Shown here: positions 22,538 through 35,052 of the stretch, piece after piece
Layout of the letters: the number at the start of each line of letters is the position of its first letter
How positions within the stretch are numbered: position 1 is the first letter of the stretch
Origin: Prasinococcaceae sp. CCMP 1430
Taxonomy: Eukaryota > Plantae > Prasinodermophyta
Reading direction: 5' to 3'
Length of the DNA stretch: 57,880 nucleotides
Assembly: GCA_013416795.1 (NCBI GenBank)
Contig: RQSC01000006.1
Span: forward strand, 196,533 to 254,412
Notes under the pieces: model-generated
The model's database searches: none
What the model was told of the DNA's origin: nothing
What the model saw: the letters and a program-made list of their open reading frames with translations, nothing else
Translations under genes and position numbers: made by a program

Positions 22538-22748
22538 TGCCGACGGCGTCCTGTATTGGATTGGGCGCGCGCGCGTGTGTGTGCGGGCAGGCGCGCAGCA
22601 GGATGCCTGCGTCGGCCGCACGCCGCAGCGCAGGTGGAGCAGTGGGGGCAAGTCGCTGCTGACCGGCGAGTGCGTGGTGTCCCCGGGCGAGGGCCACACA
22701 CACGCGCAGGCGCGCGCGCGCGCACACACACACACACGCACGCACGCG

Positions 22749-22781
<33 letters not shown>

Positions 22782-22816
22782 GCCCACTGCACACGCACAC
22801 ACACACGCCATCACGC

Positions 22817-23245
22817 ATGCGCGTTCTGAGGAGCGCGCTGCTAATATTGGCGGCGGCGGCTGCCGCACCCGTCGCGCGCGCCCAGCCGCCGGCGGAGTGC
22901 GCCGACCTCGACGCGGACGCGCTGACGGCCAAGGGCGAGGCCTTCGCGCAGCTGGTCGCGCAGGGCGGCTGCGCGCTGGTGCCGCAGGCGGCGGCGGTGG
23001 GCATCGACTGCAACACCGACCTCGGCTCGAGCGCCGTCGCGCAGGGCTTCGCGCCGGGCGTCAGCGGGACGCTCGAGGAGATCTGCCCGGCGAGCTGCGA
23101 CGCCTGCGCGCCACCCTCGGGCCCCGCCGACGGCGACGCGGGGGAGGGCGCCGGTGATGATGCGAGGTGAGGGTCGGTGGCTGCCGCTGCACCGGCACGC
23201 GCGCACACACGCATACACACGCGCGCACTCGTACTCACTCGCTCG

Positions 23246-23305
<60 letters not shown>

Positions 23306-26288
23306 ACACACACACACATGACACACACACACATGACACACGCACACAAACACACACACATACACACACACAACAACCACACGGGCGCGCGCAGCGCGGA
23401 CGTGACCAACAGCACGCGGCTCGTGCACCCCGAGGGCGAGGTCACGCACGCCTTCGGCGCCGCGATCGCCCTGACGGAGGAGCACGCGCTCGTCGGCTCG
23501 CGCCACGTCGACCTGGAGGGCGCCGTCACCGAGGCGTGGGTGTTCGAGCGCCTGCCCGGCGGGGGCTTCGGCGAGGGCGCGGCGCTCGTGCGCGCCGAGC
23601 CGCAGGCGGGCGAGCGCTTCGGCGGCGACTCGCTGGCGCTCGACGGGGGCGTGGCGCTCGTGGGGGCGTCGCACTGGGACAACGGCAGCGACAACGACAC
23701 GGGCGTCGTCGTGGCGTTCGAGCTCGACCCCGCCAGCGGCGAGTGGCAGCAGACGGCGGAGATCGAGCCGGACGACCTGTCGCCGTACGCGCGCTTCGGA
23801 CAGGGCGGCATCGCGCTCGACAACGGCACCGCCGTCATAGGCTCCCTCAACTCGCCCTGCGAGGGCGTCGCCGCCAACGAGACGTACCTGGCCGACATCA
23901 CCGGCGACGCGCCGGACGGCCAGCGCTGCGGCAGGGCGTACGTCTTCGAGCGCGACCCGGCGACCAGCACCTGGACGCAGGTGGCGGTGCTCACCGCCAG
24001 CGACCAGCAGACGAACGACTGGTTCGGCTTCGGCACCTCCATCGACGGCGACACCGCTGTGATCTCCTCCCCCGGGCACGCCGAGAGGCGCGGCACGCTG
24101 TACGTCTTTCAGAGGGACGCGGCCGGCGCGTGGTCCGAGACGGCGAAGATCCTGCACAGCCGCGGGGACGAGGGCCACCGCTTCGGCGACCGCGGGGCGG
24201 TCATCTCGGGCAACACCATCGTAGCGGGCTCGCCGCTGGGGACCAGCGGCGACCTCGGCATCTTCGGCCGCCAGGGCGAGGCCATCGTGTATCAGCGCGC
24301 CGGCGTCGACCAGCACGCCTGGGTGGAGCTGGCCACGCTCGTCGCCGGGGACGGGGACATCTCGGACTTCTTCGGCGTCGACGTCGATGCCTCGCTCGAC
24401 GGCGCGGTGGCGCTGGTGGGCGCCCCGGGCGCCGACGCGCTCCTCGGAGCTGCGTACGTCTTCGTCCGGCAGTGCGGCGAGTACACGGAGCTGGCGAAGC
24501 TCTCCGACCCCGAAGGTAACCTGAACGACCAGTTCGGGCGCACCATCAGCGTCAGCGCGGTCAACCAGAGCATCACGGCGCTGGCTGGCGCGGACAACGC
24601 CGTGGAGGACGGCGTCCCGGGGCGAGGCGCCGCGTTCGCCTTCGAGGGACTCGTCCGCCCGGTCGATCCCTGCGCCGATTGCGAGGCGCGCGAAGCCGAG
24701 CTGATCGTGAGCGTGAGTGCGCGCCGCGCCGAACTCGCCGCCGAGGAGGCGAGCGGGGCGGGACCGCCGCTGGACATCGCCGGTGGCACCCGCATCGCGC
24801 AGGAAGGCAGCGAGGCGGACGACAACTTCGGCCGCGAGGTGAGCATCTTCGGCCCGTACGCGCTCGTGGGCGGATGGGGCAGCAACGACTTCAACGGGGG
24901 CGCGTGGATCTTTGAGCGCGCGGACAACGGGAGCTGGGTGGAGACGGCTCGGCTGGAGCACAGCGACGCTGCCGCGGAGGACCGCTTCGGGCTCTACCTT
25001 GCCATGGGAAACGGCACGGCGGTGGTCGGCGCGCCGCGCCAGGACTTCGAGGGCGGGACCGCGGCGGAGAACAGCGGTGCGGTCTACATATACGAGCGCG
25101 ACGCGGCGACGGGCGCCTGGCAGGAGACGGCGAAGCTGGAGCCCGAGGGCCTCGCGCCGCACGCAAAGTTTGGCAACGGTGTGAGCATCGACGCGGACGA
25201 CACTATCGTGATCGGAGCAGACGCCCAGCCCTGCCCCGACGTCGCGTTCAACGCCACCTTCCACGCGCTCTATGAGGTTTATGACTACGACTACGACTAC
25301 CCGGATCCCGAGCTCGCCGGGCAGGTATGCGGGGCAGCGTACGTCTACGTGCGCTCGCCTGACACCGGTGGGTGGGAGCTGCAGAGCCAATTGCGTCCGG
25401 ACGTTTCGGTTGGCGGCGACGCCTTCGGACTCGGCACTGCCGTGGACGGCGACACGGCGCTCGTCTCCGCGCCCGGGCACGACAATCGGCGAGGAACGGT
25501 GTACGTGTTCGTCCGGGAAGCGCAGGACAACGGCACCGTGACGTGGCGCCAGCAGGCCAAGCTGCTTCACTCGTACGGACGCGAGGACTTCGCCTTCTCC
25601 GACTACCACGCGGTCGCCCTGTCCGGAGACACGGCCGTTGTCGGCAGCGCCGGTGCCAACGTGGCGCACATCTATCAGCGCATCGGCGAGGCGTGGTACG
25701 AGCAGGCCACGCTGGCACCCGCGGGCGGTCTGCCGGATGGAGAAAACTTCGGAATCGGCGCCAGCATCGACGGCGACACGGCCATTGTCGGCGCGCTGAC
25801 CGACTCTGACTTCAACGCCACTGGCGCGGCGTACGTCTTTCGCCGCTCGTGTGGGGAGTGGTCGCAGATCGCACGGCTCACCCCGGCGTTCGGGTCCGAC
25901 CCAAGCGACCAGTTCGGGCGCGACGGTGCGTTCCGAGAGCAGCGCGCGCTCGCGACACTTTCGTCTGTGTTGTTTGGCAATCCTACCGCCGCCGTGCCCG
26001 TCCCTAGTATGTATGTATGACGCATCGCTGACCCTTGCCTGCACCCATCTGCGCGAACCAGTCTCCATTTCCATGGCGACGGCCATCGTGGGCGCACCGA
26101 AGGCGTCCAAAAACGGAGGCGACGCGCACGGCGCAGCGGATATCTTCGACCTGCAGGCGCTGGTGAGCGCGGACGCGTGTGCGACGGAGTGCTCCGCCGA
26201 CGACGCCGCGCTCGAGAGCGGCGGCGTCGACGGTTGCGAAGCCCGCGTTGCGGAGCTCGAGTGTGTGTCCGACGCGCTTTCCGCGTAG
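22817..26288 (+). CDS. Secreted FG-GAP-repeat (integrin-alpha-like beta-propeller) protein, 14 repeats, 3 exons
   Basis: Signal peptide MRVLRSALLILAAAAAAP, a Cys module ending CPASCDAC, and 14 repeats of type D.FG....I.G.TA.VGAP...G.AYVF. Introns at ~23167 and ~25929. Confidence 0.88.
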
Positions 26289-26594
26289 TCTGAGGAGCCC
26301 CCGCGGCCGCCGCGGTCGCCTCCCGCTGCAGTCCTACCGACACGGGGAGAAGCGTCCCGGCAGTAAGTACTGCAGTATCGTAGGCTGATTCGTAGCAGGC
26401 AGCTCCTACCACTGCGATAGCCAGCGCTGCAGCCGACTCGTCAACGTCCGCCGGCTCGGAGCGCGCCCTCCGAGTGCTCGCGGCCCACCACGCCGTCGCT
26501 GCGCGAGGTCGCGTCAGCTCTGCACCGAGCTGGACGCGCCGCGTCCTCGACGGCGGCACGCGAGGGGGAGGGGGGGGGGGGGGGGGGGGGGGGG

Positions 26595-26756
26595 NNNNNN
26601 NNNNNNNNNNNNNNNNNNNNNNNNNNNNNNNNNNNNNNNNNNNNNNNNNNNNNNNNNNNNNNNNNNNNNNNNNNNNNNNNNNNNNNNNNNNNNNNNNNNN
26701 NNNNNNNNNNNNNNNNNNNNNNNNNNNNNNNNNNNNNNNNNNNNNNNNNNNNNNNN
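26595..26756. other. Assembly gap (N run), likely hiding the DGAT1 start
   Basis: Run of n characters after a poly-G tract. Confidence 1.
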
Positions 26757-29243
26757 GCGGCGCCCGCGCCGCCGTCGCTGGGCGCGTGGCTGTGGAAGTA
26801 CCGACCGTACGCCGGCATGTGCGTGCGCGCCACGCCGCGCCGCCGCGCAGGCCCCTCGCCGCCGCGCCACGCCTCTCCGCACCGCCACCATCGCTGCCCC
26901 ACCCACCCGATGATCGCGCGTGACTGCACCCTCTCTTCACCCGAGCTCGCACCGCGCACCGGGCGCCGCGCGCTCCCACCGTACCGCACTCCGCGTACTG
27001 CTGAGCCACTGTGTCGACCGACCTCTCCTGGAGGAGCGCTGCTGCACCCGCACGGCGCGCTGACCCTCTCCTCGCGCGCGCGCGCACAACCCCCGGCCCC
27101 TTGACGCGCGCGGCGTGCAGGCTGGACCGGCTGTGGGACCTGCGCTTCGCGGTGCTCTCGGGGCACACGCTGTCGGTGTACCGCAGGTCGGACCTCGGCG
27201 CGGACGGGCGCGGCGCCGAGGCCGGGCTCAACGAGGTGCGATGCAGAGCGAGCGGACGGGCGGCAGCCAGCGGCGTAGCGTGACTGCCGCGATCGCGCGC
27301 CTGCCCGCGGCGAATGGAGGGAGCGCTGACCGCGCGATGCGGGCTCTCGCGCTTCACCACGCGCCCGCGCTCTCGCCCCTTGCCCCGTTCCTCTGTCGCC
27401 CGGAGTGCAGGGCACGGCGGCGGGCAGCGGCGCGCACCCACGCAACGTGCTGGACGTGCGCGGCCTCGTGCTGCGCGTCGAGGGGCTCAAGCGGCGCAAG
27501 TTCTACGCGTTTGCATTGGAAAACACCGAGGGCGAGCAGCTGCTCCGACTCTCCGCGCCGGGCGCGGCCGCCGGCAAGCAGTGGGTGGCCGCGCTCGCGT
27601 ACGCGGGCGCAGAAATCTTCAAACCGAGCGGGGGCGCTGCCGACGCGGGCGCGGCCGTCGCCGCCGCTGCCGCCGCCGCCGGTGCCGCCGGTGCCGTTCA
27701 CGACGTGGTCCGCCCAACGCACGACGGCGGCGGCCTGCGCCGCTCGCGCACGAGCGGCGTGGTCTCGGAGCCCGAGGGCGGCGAGGCACCTCAGCTGTCG
27801 CCGGGCGGCCCCGTGGCGTCGCTGCGCCGCCTGGCCTCGACGATGGGTCGCCGGCGGCCCGGGCTGTCGCCCGCCGCGCAGAGGCGCGAGCGCGCCATAC
27901 GGCGCCGCGCGGCCTTTCCCCCGCACCGCCGCACGCGCTTCAGCCTGCTCTCCTCGGAGCAGATCGAAGTCGCGCGCCACTCGGGCCTGCTCAACCTTTT
28001 CGGCGTGATCATCGTGGCGACCAACTTCCGCCTGGTCATCGAAAACCTCCGCAAATACGGCATCCTCATCAAGCTGCAAGTCGTGCGGCTGCGCCTGGAG
28101 GACTGGCCGCTGGTGGTGCCCGGCGCGGCGTCGCTCGCGCTCGCGGTGCTGCTCGCGTACGCCAACGAGCGCGCGCTGCTCGCAAGCGTCACATCGGCGC
28201 GCGCGACGCTCGCTTGCCACGTGGTGCTCGTCGCGTTGGCGCTGCTCGTGCCCGCGCTCTCCATCCAGCTTGCGGACAGCGACATCGTGCCCGGCTTTTT
28301 GCTCATGGCGGCGAGCGTCGCCACGACCATGAAGCTGATCTCGTATGCGCACGTCAACTACGACCTGCGTCGGCTGGCCGCGCAGAAGCGCGAGGTTGCG
28401 TCGCCCGACGGCGAAGGGGGTCTCGTCGGCGCGGGTGACATGTTCGATCGCCTGTACAGCGTGGCGTACCCCGCCAACATCACCGTTGGCAACCTGCTGT
28501 ACTTCATGGCGGCGCCGACGCTGTGCTACCAGCCGAGCTACCCGCGCTCGCGCGGACCCGTGCGCCGGAGCTGGCTCGCGCGGCGCGCGCTCGAGTACCT
28601 GCTGTGCGCGGGGTTTCTCATGCTGGTCATCGAGCAGTACATCGTCCCCGCGGCGGAGAACACGCTCAAACTGGACGTGGAGAGAGGCATCAAGGGGCTC
28701 ACGCCCGCGCGCGCGATCGAGCGCGTGCTGAAGCTGTCGCTGCCCGTGCTTTACTCGTGGCTGTGCGTGTTCTACGGCTTCTTCCACGTGCAGCTGAACG
28801 TGATGGCCGAGCTGCTGCGCTTCGGCGACAGGGAGTTCTACTCGGACTGGTGGAACGCCGAGACGCTGAGCGAGTACTGGCGCAAGTGGAATTTGCCCGT
28901 GCACAACTGGGCGACGCGCCACGTGTACTTCCCGCTGCTGGAGGCGGGCGTCGGCAAGACGGGCGCAATGCTTGGCGTGTTCTTCCTGAGCGCGGCCCTG
29001 CACGAGGTCCTCATCGGCGTGCCCTGCCACGTGCTGCGCTTCTGGGCCTTCGGCGGCATGATGGCGCAGGCGCCGCTGGTCTTTCTGACCAACAAGCTCA
29101 AGGCCCGCTTCAAGTCGTCCAACGCGGGCAACATCATCTTCTGGCTCACGTTTTGCATCTTCGGGCAACCGATGATCCTGCTGCTCTACTGGCACGACGT
29201 CGCGCTGCTGCAGCGCGCCAAGGAGGCCGGCGGCGGCGCGTGA
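26757..29243 (+). CDS. DGAT1: Diacylglycerol acyltransferase 1 (MBOAT) with N-terminal PH domain; start in or before the gap
   Basis: PH-like exons (GAWLWKYRP, LWDLRFAVLSGHTLSVY, LLRLSA...KQWVAAL), then SLLSSE...GLLNL...NFRLVIENLRKYG, APTLCYQPSYPR, FGDREFYSDWWNA, WNLPVHNW and SAALHE. Confidence 0.93.
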
Positions 29244-29433
29244 GCGGCCTCGGCTCGTGCTGCGCGCGTGCGCGACGAGGCGTGCGCGAGCGTGAAGCGT
29301 GTCTTGTCCGCACTGGTGAGTGCGCGCGCGCGCGCGACACACGGCGGCGCATGCGCCGCCCGAGACGGAGTGGCAGACCCTGTAATTCTTTGAGACAAGC
29401 GCTGTATTATTGCTGCGCGCACCGATGGGCCGC

Positions 29434-30660
29434 TCAGCGTGCGCTCCCGCCGTCGAGCGCCTTCTCCAGCGGTGCGAGGAAGCGCTCCCACTTTGTCGAC
29501 AGTTTCCCCTTGCCCTGCAGGAGCCGCGCGCTCGCGTCCGCTCGCGCTCGGGCGTCCTCCGCGTCCCGCCGCGCATCGGCCGTGCACTCCGAGCTTGCGC
29601 CATGCTCCCGCAGCAGCTCCGCGAAGCGCTGTGTGGCTGCCGCGTAGACGACGTCGTCGGCGGCGTCGTGGAACCACTCCGGGATGGCAGTCGCGTTTTG
29701 GGTGGGGGCACCCGCCAGCCGCCGCGCTGGCGCACCGGTCGTCCCGCTCCCGCCGCCGTAGTCGGTGGGCCGGATGTTTACGCCCTGCGAATGCAGCGGC
29801 TGCGGCAGGCCGAACACGCGGTGGAAGAGGCAGATTGAAAGGTCCCAGTGCTCGGTGAGCCCCGCGAAGCGCATGGCGCGCACGCGCGACGCTGCGGCGT
29901 CCGCACGCATCCGCATCGGAGCCACGTCATCTGCGCCACAATACTTGCCCGTCAGCGAGCGCGACACGCAGCCAGCCACGCCGGGCACCCTCAAGAAGGC
30001 GTCGATGTCCGCTGGGTCGACGGACCTCTGCAGCGTGCGTGGGCAGCCCGGGCATCCCCGAATCTCGTACGGCAGGCCCTTGGCGGCGCGTCTGCGCTTG
30101 AAGAGCTCCTTGCGCACGTACAGCGAGAGCAGCCGCGCGCCTGGCTCGCGGAACATGGCCAGCAGGTTCACGCCGCGCGCCTCCACCTCCGCCGGCGCGG
30201 GCGGCTCGTGGTGGCCCATGTGCATGTGGGCCACCCACTGTGCGCAGCGGCTGGCGGGGTCCGACACCACGCGCGAGGCCGCCACCTTGTCGACGGCGCC
30301 CGGATTGACCTGCTTGCCGCTTTTCACGGGCCAGTGGAGCTCTTCACCCCTCTTCAGCCGCGTATTGTTGAGCAGCCACGGCATGTCCACGCCGGGGCAG
30401 CCCGCGCGCAGCAGCGTGTAGATGAAGGACGAGCCCGTCTTTGGCGTGTGCATCCACAGCGCGGGCCCGATGGGCCCCACGTCGGCCGCGCGCGGCCACG
30501 GCGCGTCGCCGAGGCCGCATGGGCACTCGAGCAGCGCATAGCCTTCGGCCGCCGCCGCGGCGGCCGCCGCAGCAACGCCCGGTAGCGGCTCCTCCGCGCG
30601 CCGCCCCTCGCGGACGCGGACGCGCCCGCTCGCCCATGACCTCGACCGCTCGGCGCGCAT
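29434..30660 (-). CDS. Sulfotransferase (Sulfotransfer_2 / carbohydrate sulfotransferase-like), intronless
   Basis: 5'-PSB-like WMHTPKTGSS, 3'-PB-like MFREPGARLLSLY and FAGLTEHWDLSICLF. Confidence 0.8.
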   Translation of the reverse strand: MRAERSRSWASGRVRVREGRRAEEPLPGVAAAAAAAAAEGYALLECPCGLGDAPWPRAADVGPIGPALWMHTPKTGSSFIYTLLRAGCPGVDMPWLLNNTRLKRGEELHWPVKSGKQVNPGAVDKVAASRVVSDPASRCAQWVAHMHMGHHEPPAPAEVEARGVNLLAMFREPGARLLSLYVRKELFKRRRAAKGLPYEIRGCPGCPRTLQRSVDPADIDAFLRVPGVAGCVSRSLTGKYCGADDVAPMRMRADAAASRVRAMRFAGLTEHWDLSICLFHRVFGLPQPLHSQGVNIRPTDYGGGSGTTGAPARRLAGAPTQNATAIPEWFHDAADDVVYAAATQRFAELLREHGASSECTADARRDAEDARARADASARLLQGKGKLSTKWERFLAPLEKALDGGSAR

Positions 30661-30826
30661 AGAGTGCCGCCATGGCGCGCCGAGTCGCCGCCCTCCTCCC
30701 CCTCGCGAGCGCCCGGGCCCCACCCGCCCGCGCGCACCGGCCGCGACTCGCGCGCGAGCTCACCATCGACGCGAAACCTGCATCAGGATTTAGGGTATAG
30801 GGTTTAAGTATAGGTCAAATCGAACG

Positions 30827-31092
30827 TGAGATGTGCGGGCGTTGGGTGGGACGGATTCTTTGATGGCGTTTCGAATGCGCGCGTTCCCCGAGCGCGTGGA
30901 CGGTGCTCCGGTCCCATAACCCACGGGAGAGTTTGATGCTACGTCAAAGCGCATGTGAAGTGTGCGGGCGTTGGCCGGCTACAAGAAACCACGGGAGAGT
31001 TTGTACTACGTCAAAGCGGATGTGAAGTGTGCCGGCGTTGGCGGGATGGATTTTTTGATGGCGTTTCGAATGCGGGCGTTCCCCGAGCGCGC
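30827..31092. repeat. Composite tandem repeat upstream of the sulfotransferase
   Basis: Blocks GTGAAGTGTGCGGGCGTTGG (x3), CCACGGGAGAGTTTG..CTACGTCAAAGCG (x2) and TTTGATGGCGTTTCGAATGCG.GCGTTCCCCGAGCGCG (x2). Confidence 0.8.
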
Positions 31093-31277
31093 GCGCGCAC
31101 ACGCGCGCGCGAGCGGGTGTACTGTCGCGCGCGTGTGTGTGTGGGATGGTGGGGATGGTGGGGGGCGGGTGTGTGGGCGTGGGAGCGTCACACGCGCGCG
31201 CCTCTCTGCTGGTGGTTCGGCGCCCCGGATGGCGGCCGGCGGCCTGCGTCGCCGGCCGCAGCTGCGCCGGCGCGCGG

Positions 31278-31749
31278 NNNNNNNNNNNNNNNNNNNNNNN
31301 NNNNNNNNNNNNNNNNNNNNNNNNNNNNNNNNNNNNNNNNNNNNNNNNNNNNNNNNNNNNNNNNNNNNNNNNNNNNNNNNNNNNNNNNNNNNNNNNNNNN
31401 NNNNNNNNNNNNNNNNNNNNNNNNNNNNNNNNNNNNNNNNNNNNNNNNNNNNNNNNNNNNNNNNNNNNNNNNNNNNNNNNNNNNNNNNNNNNNNNNNNNN
31501 NNNNNNNNNNNNNNNNNNNNNNNNNNNNNNNNNNNNNNNNNNNNNNNNNNNNNNNNNNNNNNNNNNNNNNNNNNNNNNNNNNNNNNNNNNNNNNNNNNNN
31601 NNNNNNNNNNNNNNNNNNNNNNNNNNNNNNNNNNNNNNNNNNNNNNNNNNNNNNNNNNNNNNNNNNNNNNNNNNNNNNNNNNNNNNNNNNNNNNNNNNNN
31701 NNNNNNNNNNNNNNNNNNNNNNNNNNNNNNNNNNNNNNNNNNNNNNNNN
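31278..31749. other. Assembly gap (N run)
   Basis: Run of n characters. Confidence 1.
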
Positions 31750-31828
<79 letters not shown>

Positions 31829-31844
31829 TGTGTGTGTGTGTGTG

Positions 31845-32209
31845 CCATTGATGATGCGCCTTGTGCTGACGCCTGCACGCACGCGCGCACTCGCGCGCGC
31901 GCGCAGCCGCGCTCGCGTATCGCGCGGAGCGCGAGCGCCTGGGCATGCGTGCGGTGGGCTTCGTAATATATGTACAGTACTGTACCATACACAACATGCA
32001 GCTAGCTCCCGCCGGCGAGCGCCTTCCAGCGCGCGCGCGTACCACGCGGCGCGCGCGCTCGCTCGCGCGCCTCGCGCGCGTGGGCGGCGGCCACGCGCTC
32101 GGCGGCCCGCAGCAGGCGCTCGCGCTCCGCGCGGTACGCGAGCGCGGCTGCGCGCGCGCGCGAGTGCGCGAGTGCGTGCAAGCGTCAGCACATGGCGTAG
32201 CATCAATGG
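31845..32209. repeat. Inverted repeat with ~97-bp arms
   Basis: 31845-31941 matches the reverse complement of 32114-32209 with about 6 mismatches by eye. Confidence 0.85.
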
Positions 32210-32302
32210 TGCACGCACGCACACGTGTGCGTACAGACGTGTACACACATGCACACTCGTGCACATACTCGCACAAGAACATGCATATTCACAAACGCAC
32301 CA

Positions 32303-32339
<37 letters not shown>

Positions 32340-32813
32340 CACACACACACACACACACAAATGCAGGCTCGCCGCCACACGCGGACCGCGAGCACTCAAC
32401 GCACCTCGCATCCTCTCGCTGCTTTGGGCCACGTCCGCTGCGGGCGGCGGATACTCGTCGGCCAGCGCCGCCGCGTGCGCGCGCAGCGCCTCCGCCACGC
32501 GCTCGCACGCGCGAGCCTGCCGCTCCCACGCGCCCTCGCGCGCGTGTGTGTGTGCGTGTGTGTCCCTGCTCGCCGATGTCGACGCGGCGGCGAGGAGGCT
32601 CTCGGCCGCGGCGAGCCACCTACGTCATCGCAGCAAGAGGCACGAAGCCACACGCACACAAACACAGGCGCACACACACACGAGTCCACGCACGCCCCAC
32701 ACACGAGCGATGTCATGTCAGCACTCGCACACACGCGCGCAGGGGTACACGCATACACGCATGCAGGCACGCACACACACGTGCGGCATGCGCGTACGCC
32801 GTCCACACACACG

Positions 32814-32865
<52 letters not shown>

Positions 32866-33214
32866 CACCTTCGCTCGTCCTCATCGGCCGCCACGGCGCC
32901 CTCCGGGTCGGCCCTCGCCGCCTCCAAGCGCTCGCCGTTCGTGCGCGCGTCCTCGCGCGCGCGTGCACGTGTATGTGTGTGTGCGTCTTCGTGCGCGTGT
33001 GTGTGTGCGTGTGTGTGTGTGAGCGCCTGCGTCCTCGCGGCGAGGAAGTGGCCCACGGAGACGTCGCCGACGTGCGGGCCGAAGGCCCGCGCGGGCAGGC
33101 GGTCGCTGTGGTTGGCCGGCAGGACGAAGCCGTACGTGAGCAGGAGCCTGCGAGGACGCATGCGCGCGTGCGCGCGCGTGTGTGAATGTATGCGTTAGTA
33201 CGTCGGCGCGCACG

Positions 33215-33254
<40 letters not shown>

Positions 33255-33269
33255 CATGCGTGAGTGTAG

Positions 33270-33323
<54 letters not shown>

Positions 33324-33621
33324 GTGTGCGTGCATTCACATTCACAAACACTCACACATGCATGAAGGCGACGACGCATGCTCCAACGCGCACGCATACA
33401 CACGCACACAGGCACACGGGCGCCCCCGCGCTCCCGCGCTCTCACCTCGCGTTGGGCGTCAACAGGCCGTACGTGAGGCACAGCTCGTCGCCCGCGCGCA
33501 CGCGCGTGTCGCGCCGCCGCGCGCGCAGCGCCACGCCGCCGCCCCCCGCGGCGTCCACCGCGCAGCGCACGTTGGGCACCTGCGCGCGAGCGTGCGTGCG
33601 TGTTCGAGTGTCAGTGCACGT

Positions 33622-33659
<38 letters not shown>

Positions 33660-34366
33660 TTGTGTGTGTGTGTGGTTGTGTGTGTGTGTGGTTGTGTGTG
33701 TGTGTGTGTGTGTGGTTGTGTGTGTGTGGTTGTGCGTGTGTGTGTTTGTATGTCCACGTATACGCACCTGCCCCATGTTCGCCAGGTCCACGAAGGGCGC
33801 CAGCACCACGTACTCGACCTCCTCGCCCTGCAGGGGTCACAAACGCGTCCATGTGCGTGTGTGTGTGCGTGAGTGAGTTCGTGTGCGTGTGTGTGTGTAC
33901 GTGCGCGTGTGCGTGTGTGTGTGCCGACGTGTGCGCGAGTGTGCAAGTGTGCGTACGCGTGCGTGTGTGCGAAAGCGCGTGCGCGCCTGCGCCGCCCGCA
34001 CCTCTTCTCCGCACCGCGCGCGCAGCGAGAAGGCGCGGCTGACCACCGTCCTCAGCGCCAGCGCCGCGTCCTCCGCCGACACCTCCGCGAGGCTGGCCAG
34101 CGACGCGTCGTACGCCTGCGCATTCGTGTGTGCGTGTGCGTGTGCGTGCGTGTGTGTGTGCGTGTGTGTATCCTTTCGTGTGTGTGTGTGCGCGCTCGCG
34201 AGCTCCGCGCACTCGCGCGCGAGCGCCTCCGCCATCGCGTCCAGCCGCGCGCGCTCCGAGCGCGACTCGGCGACGAGCGCAGCGTCGGCGGTCGCCAGGA
34301 GCTCCGAGTCGGAGAAGGTGGGCGACGCGGTGCTGCGCGTGTGCGAGCGTGTGCGTGTGCATGTGC

Positions 34367-34398
<32 letters not shown>

Positions 34399-34471
34399 GA
34401 GTTTGTGCACACAACAAAGTCAATGACACATGTGGATGCACGTAATAAGAGTGCATACACACACACACACT

Positions 34472-34565
<94 letters not shown>

Positions 34566-34793
34566 GCTTGCACGCACCTCTCTTCGACCTCGGGCATGGC
34601 TGCGGCGTACGCCTCCCAGAAGGGCATCGCGCGTCGCGCCCACAGCAGCTTGAGCGCCAGCCGCGCCGCCTGCGGCGAGGAGGCGTCGGAGGCCGCGCGC
34701 AGCAGCGGCAGCGGCGCGGAGCGCGCGCAGGCGCACGCGACGCCCTCCAGCGCGCCTGCGCGCGCGTGTGCGCGTGTGTGCATGTGTGTGTGT

Positions 34794-34855
<62 letters not shown>

Positions 34856-34996
34856 GTGTGGTACGCGTGTGTGTATTTGACAAAGTGTGTGTGTATGCGT
34901 GTGTGTAAGTTCGCGCATGCATGGGCGTGAGCCTGTACGTGCGTGCATTCGTGAGCTTGTATGTGCGTGTGCGTGTGTACGTATGAGGCGTGTGCA

Positions 34997-35052
<56 letters not shown>

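Noticed and set aside
22841-26110. 1089-aa minus-strand ORF
   Set aside because: Antisense shadow of the FG-GAP gene; it runs through a (TG)n intron.
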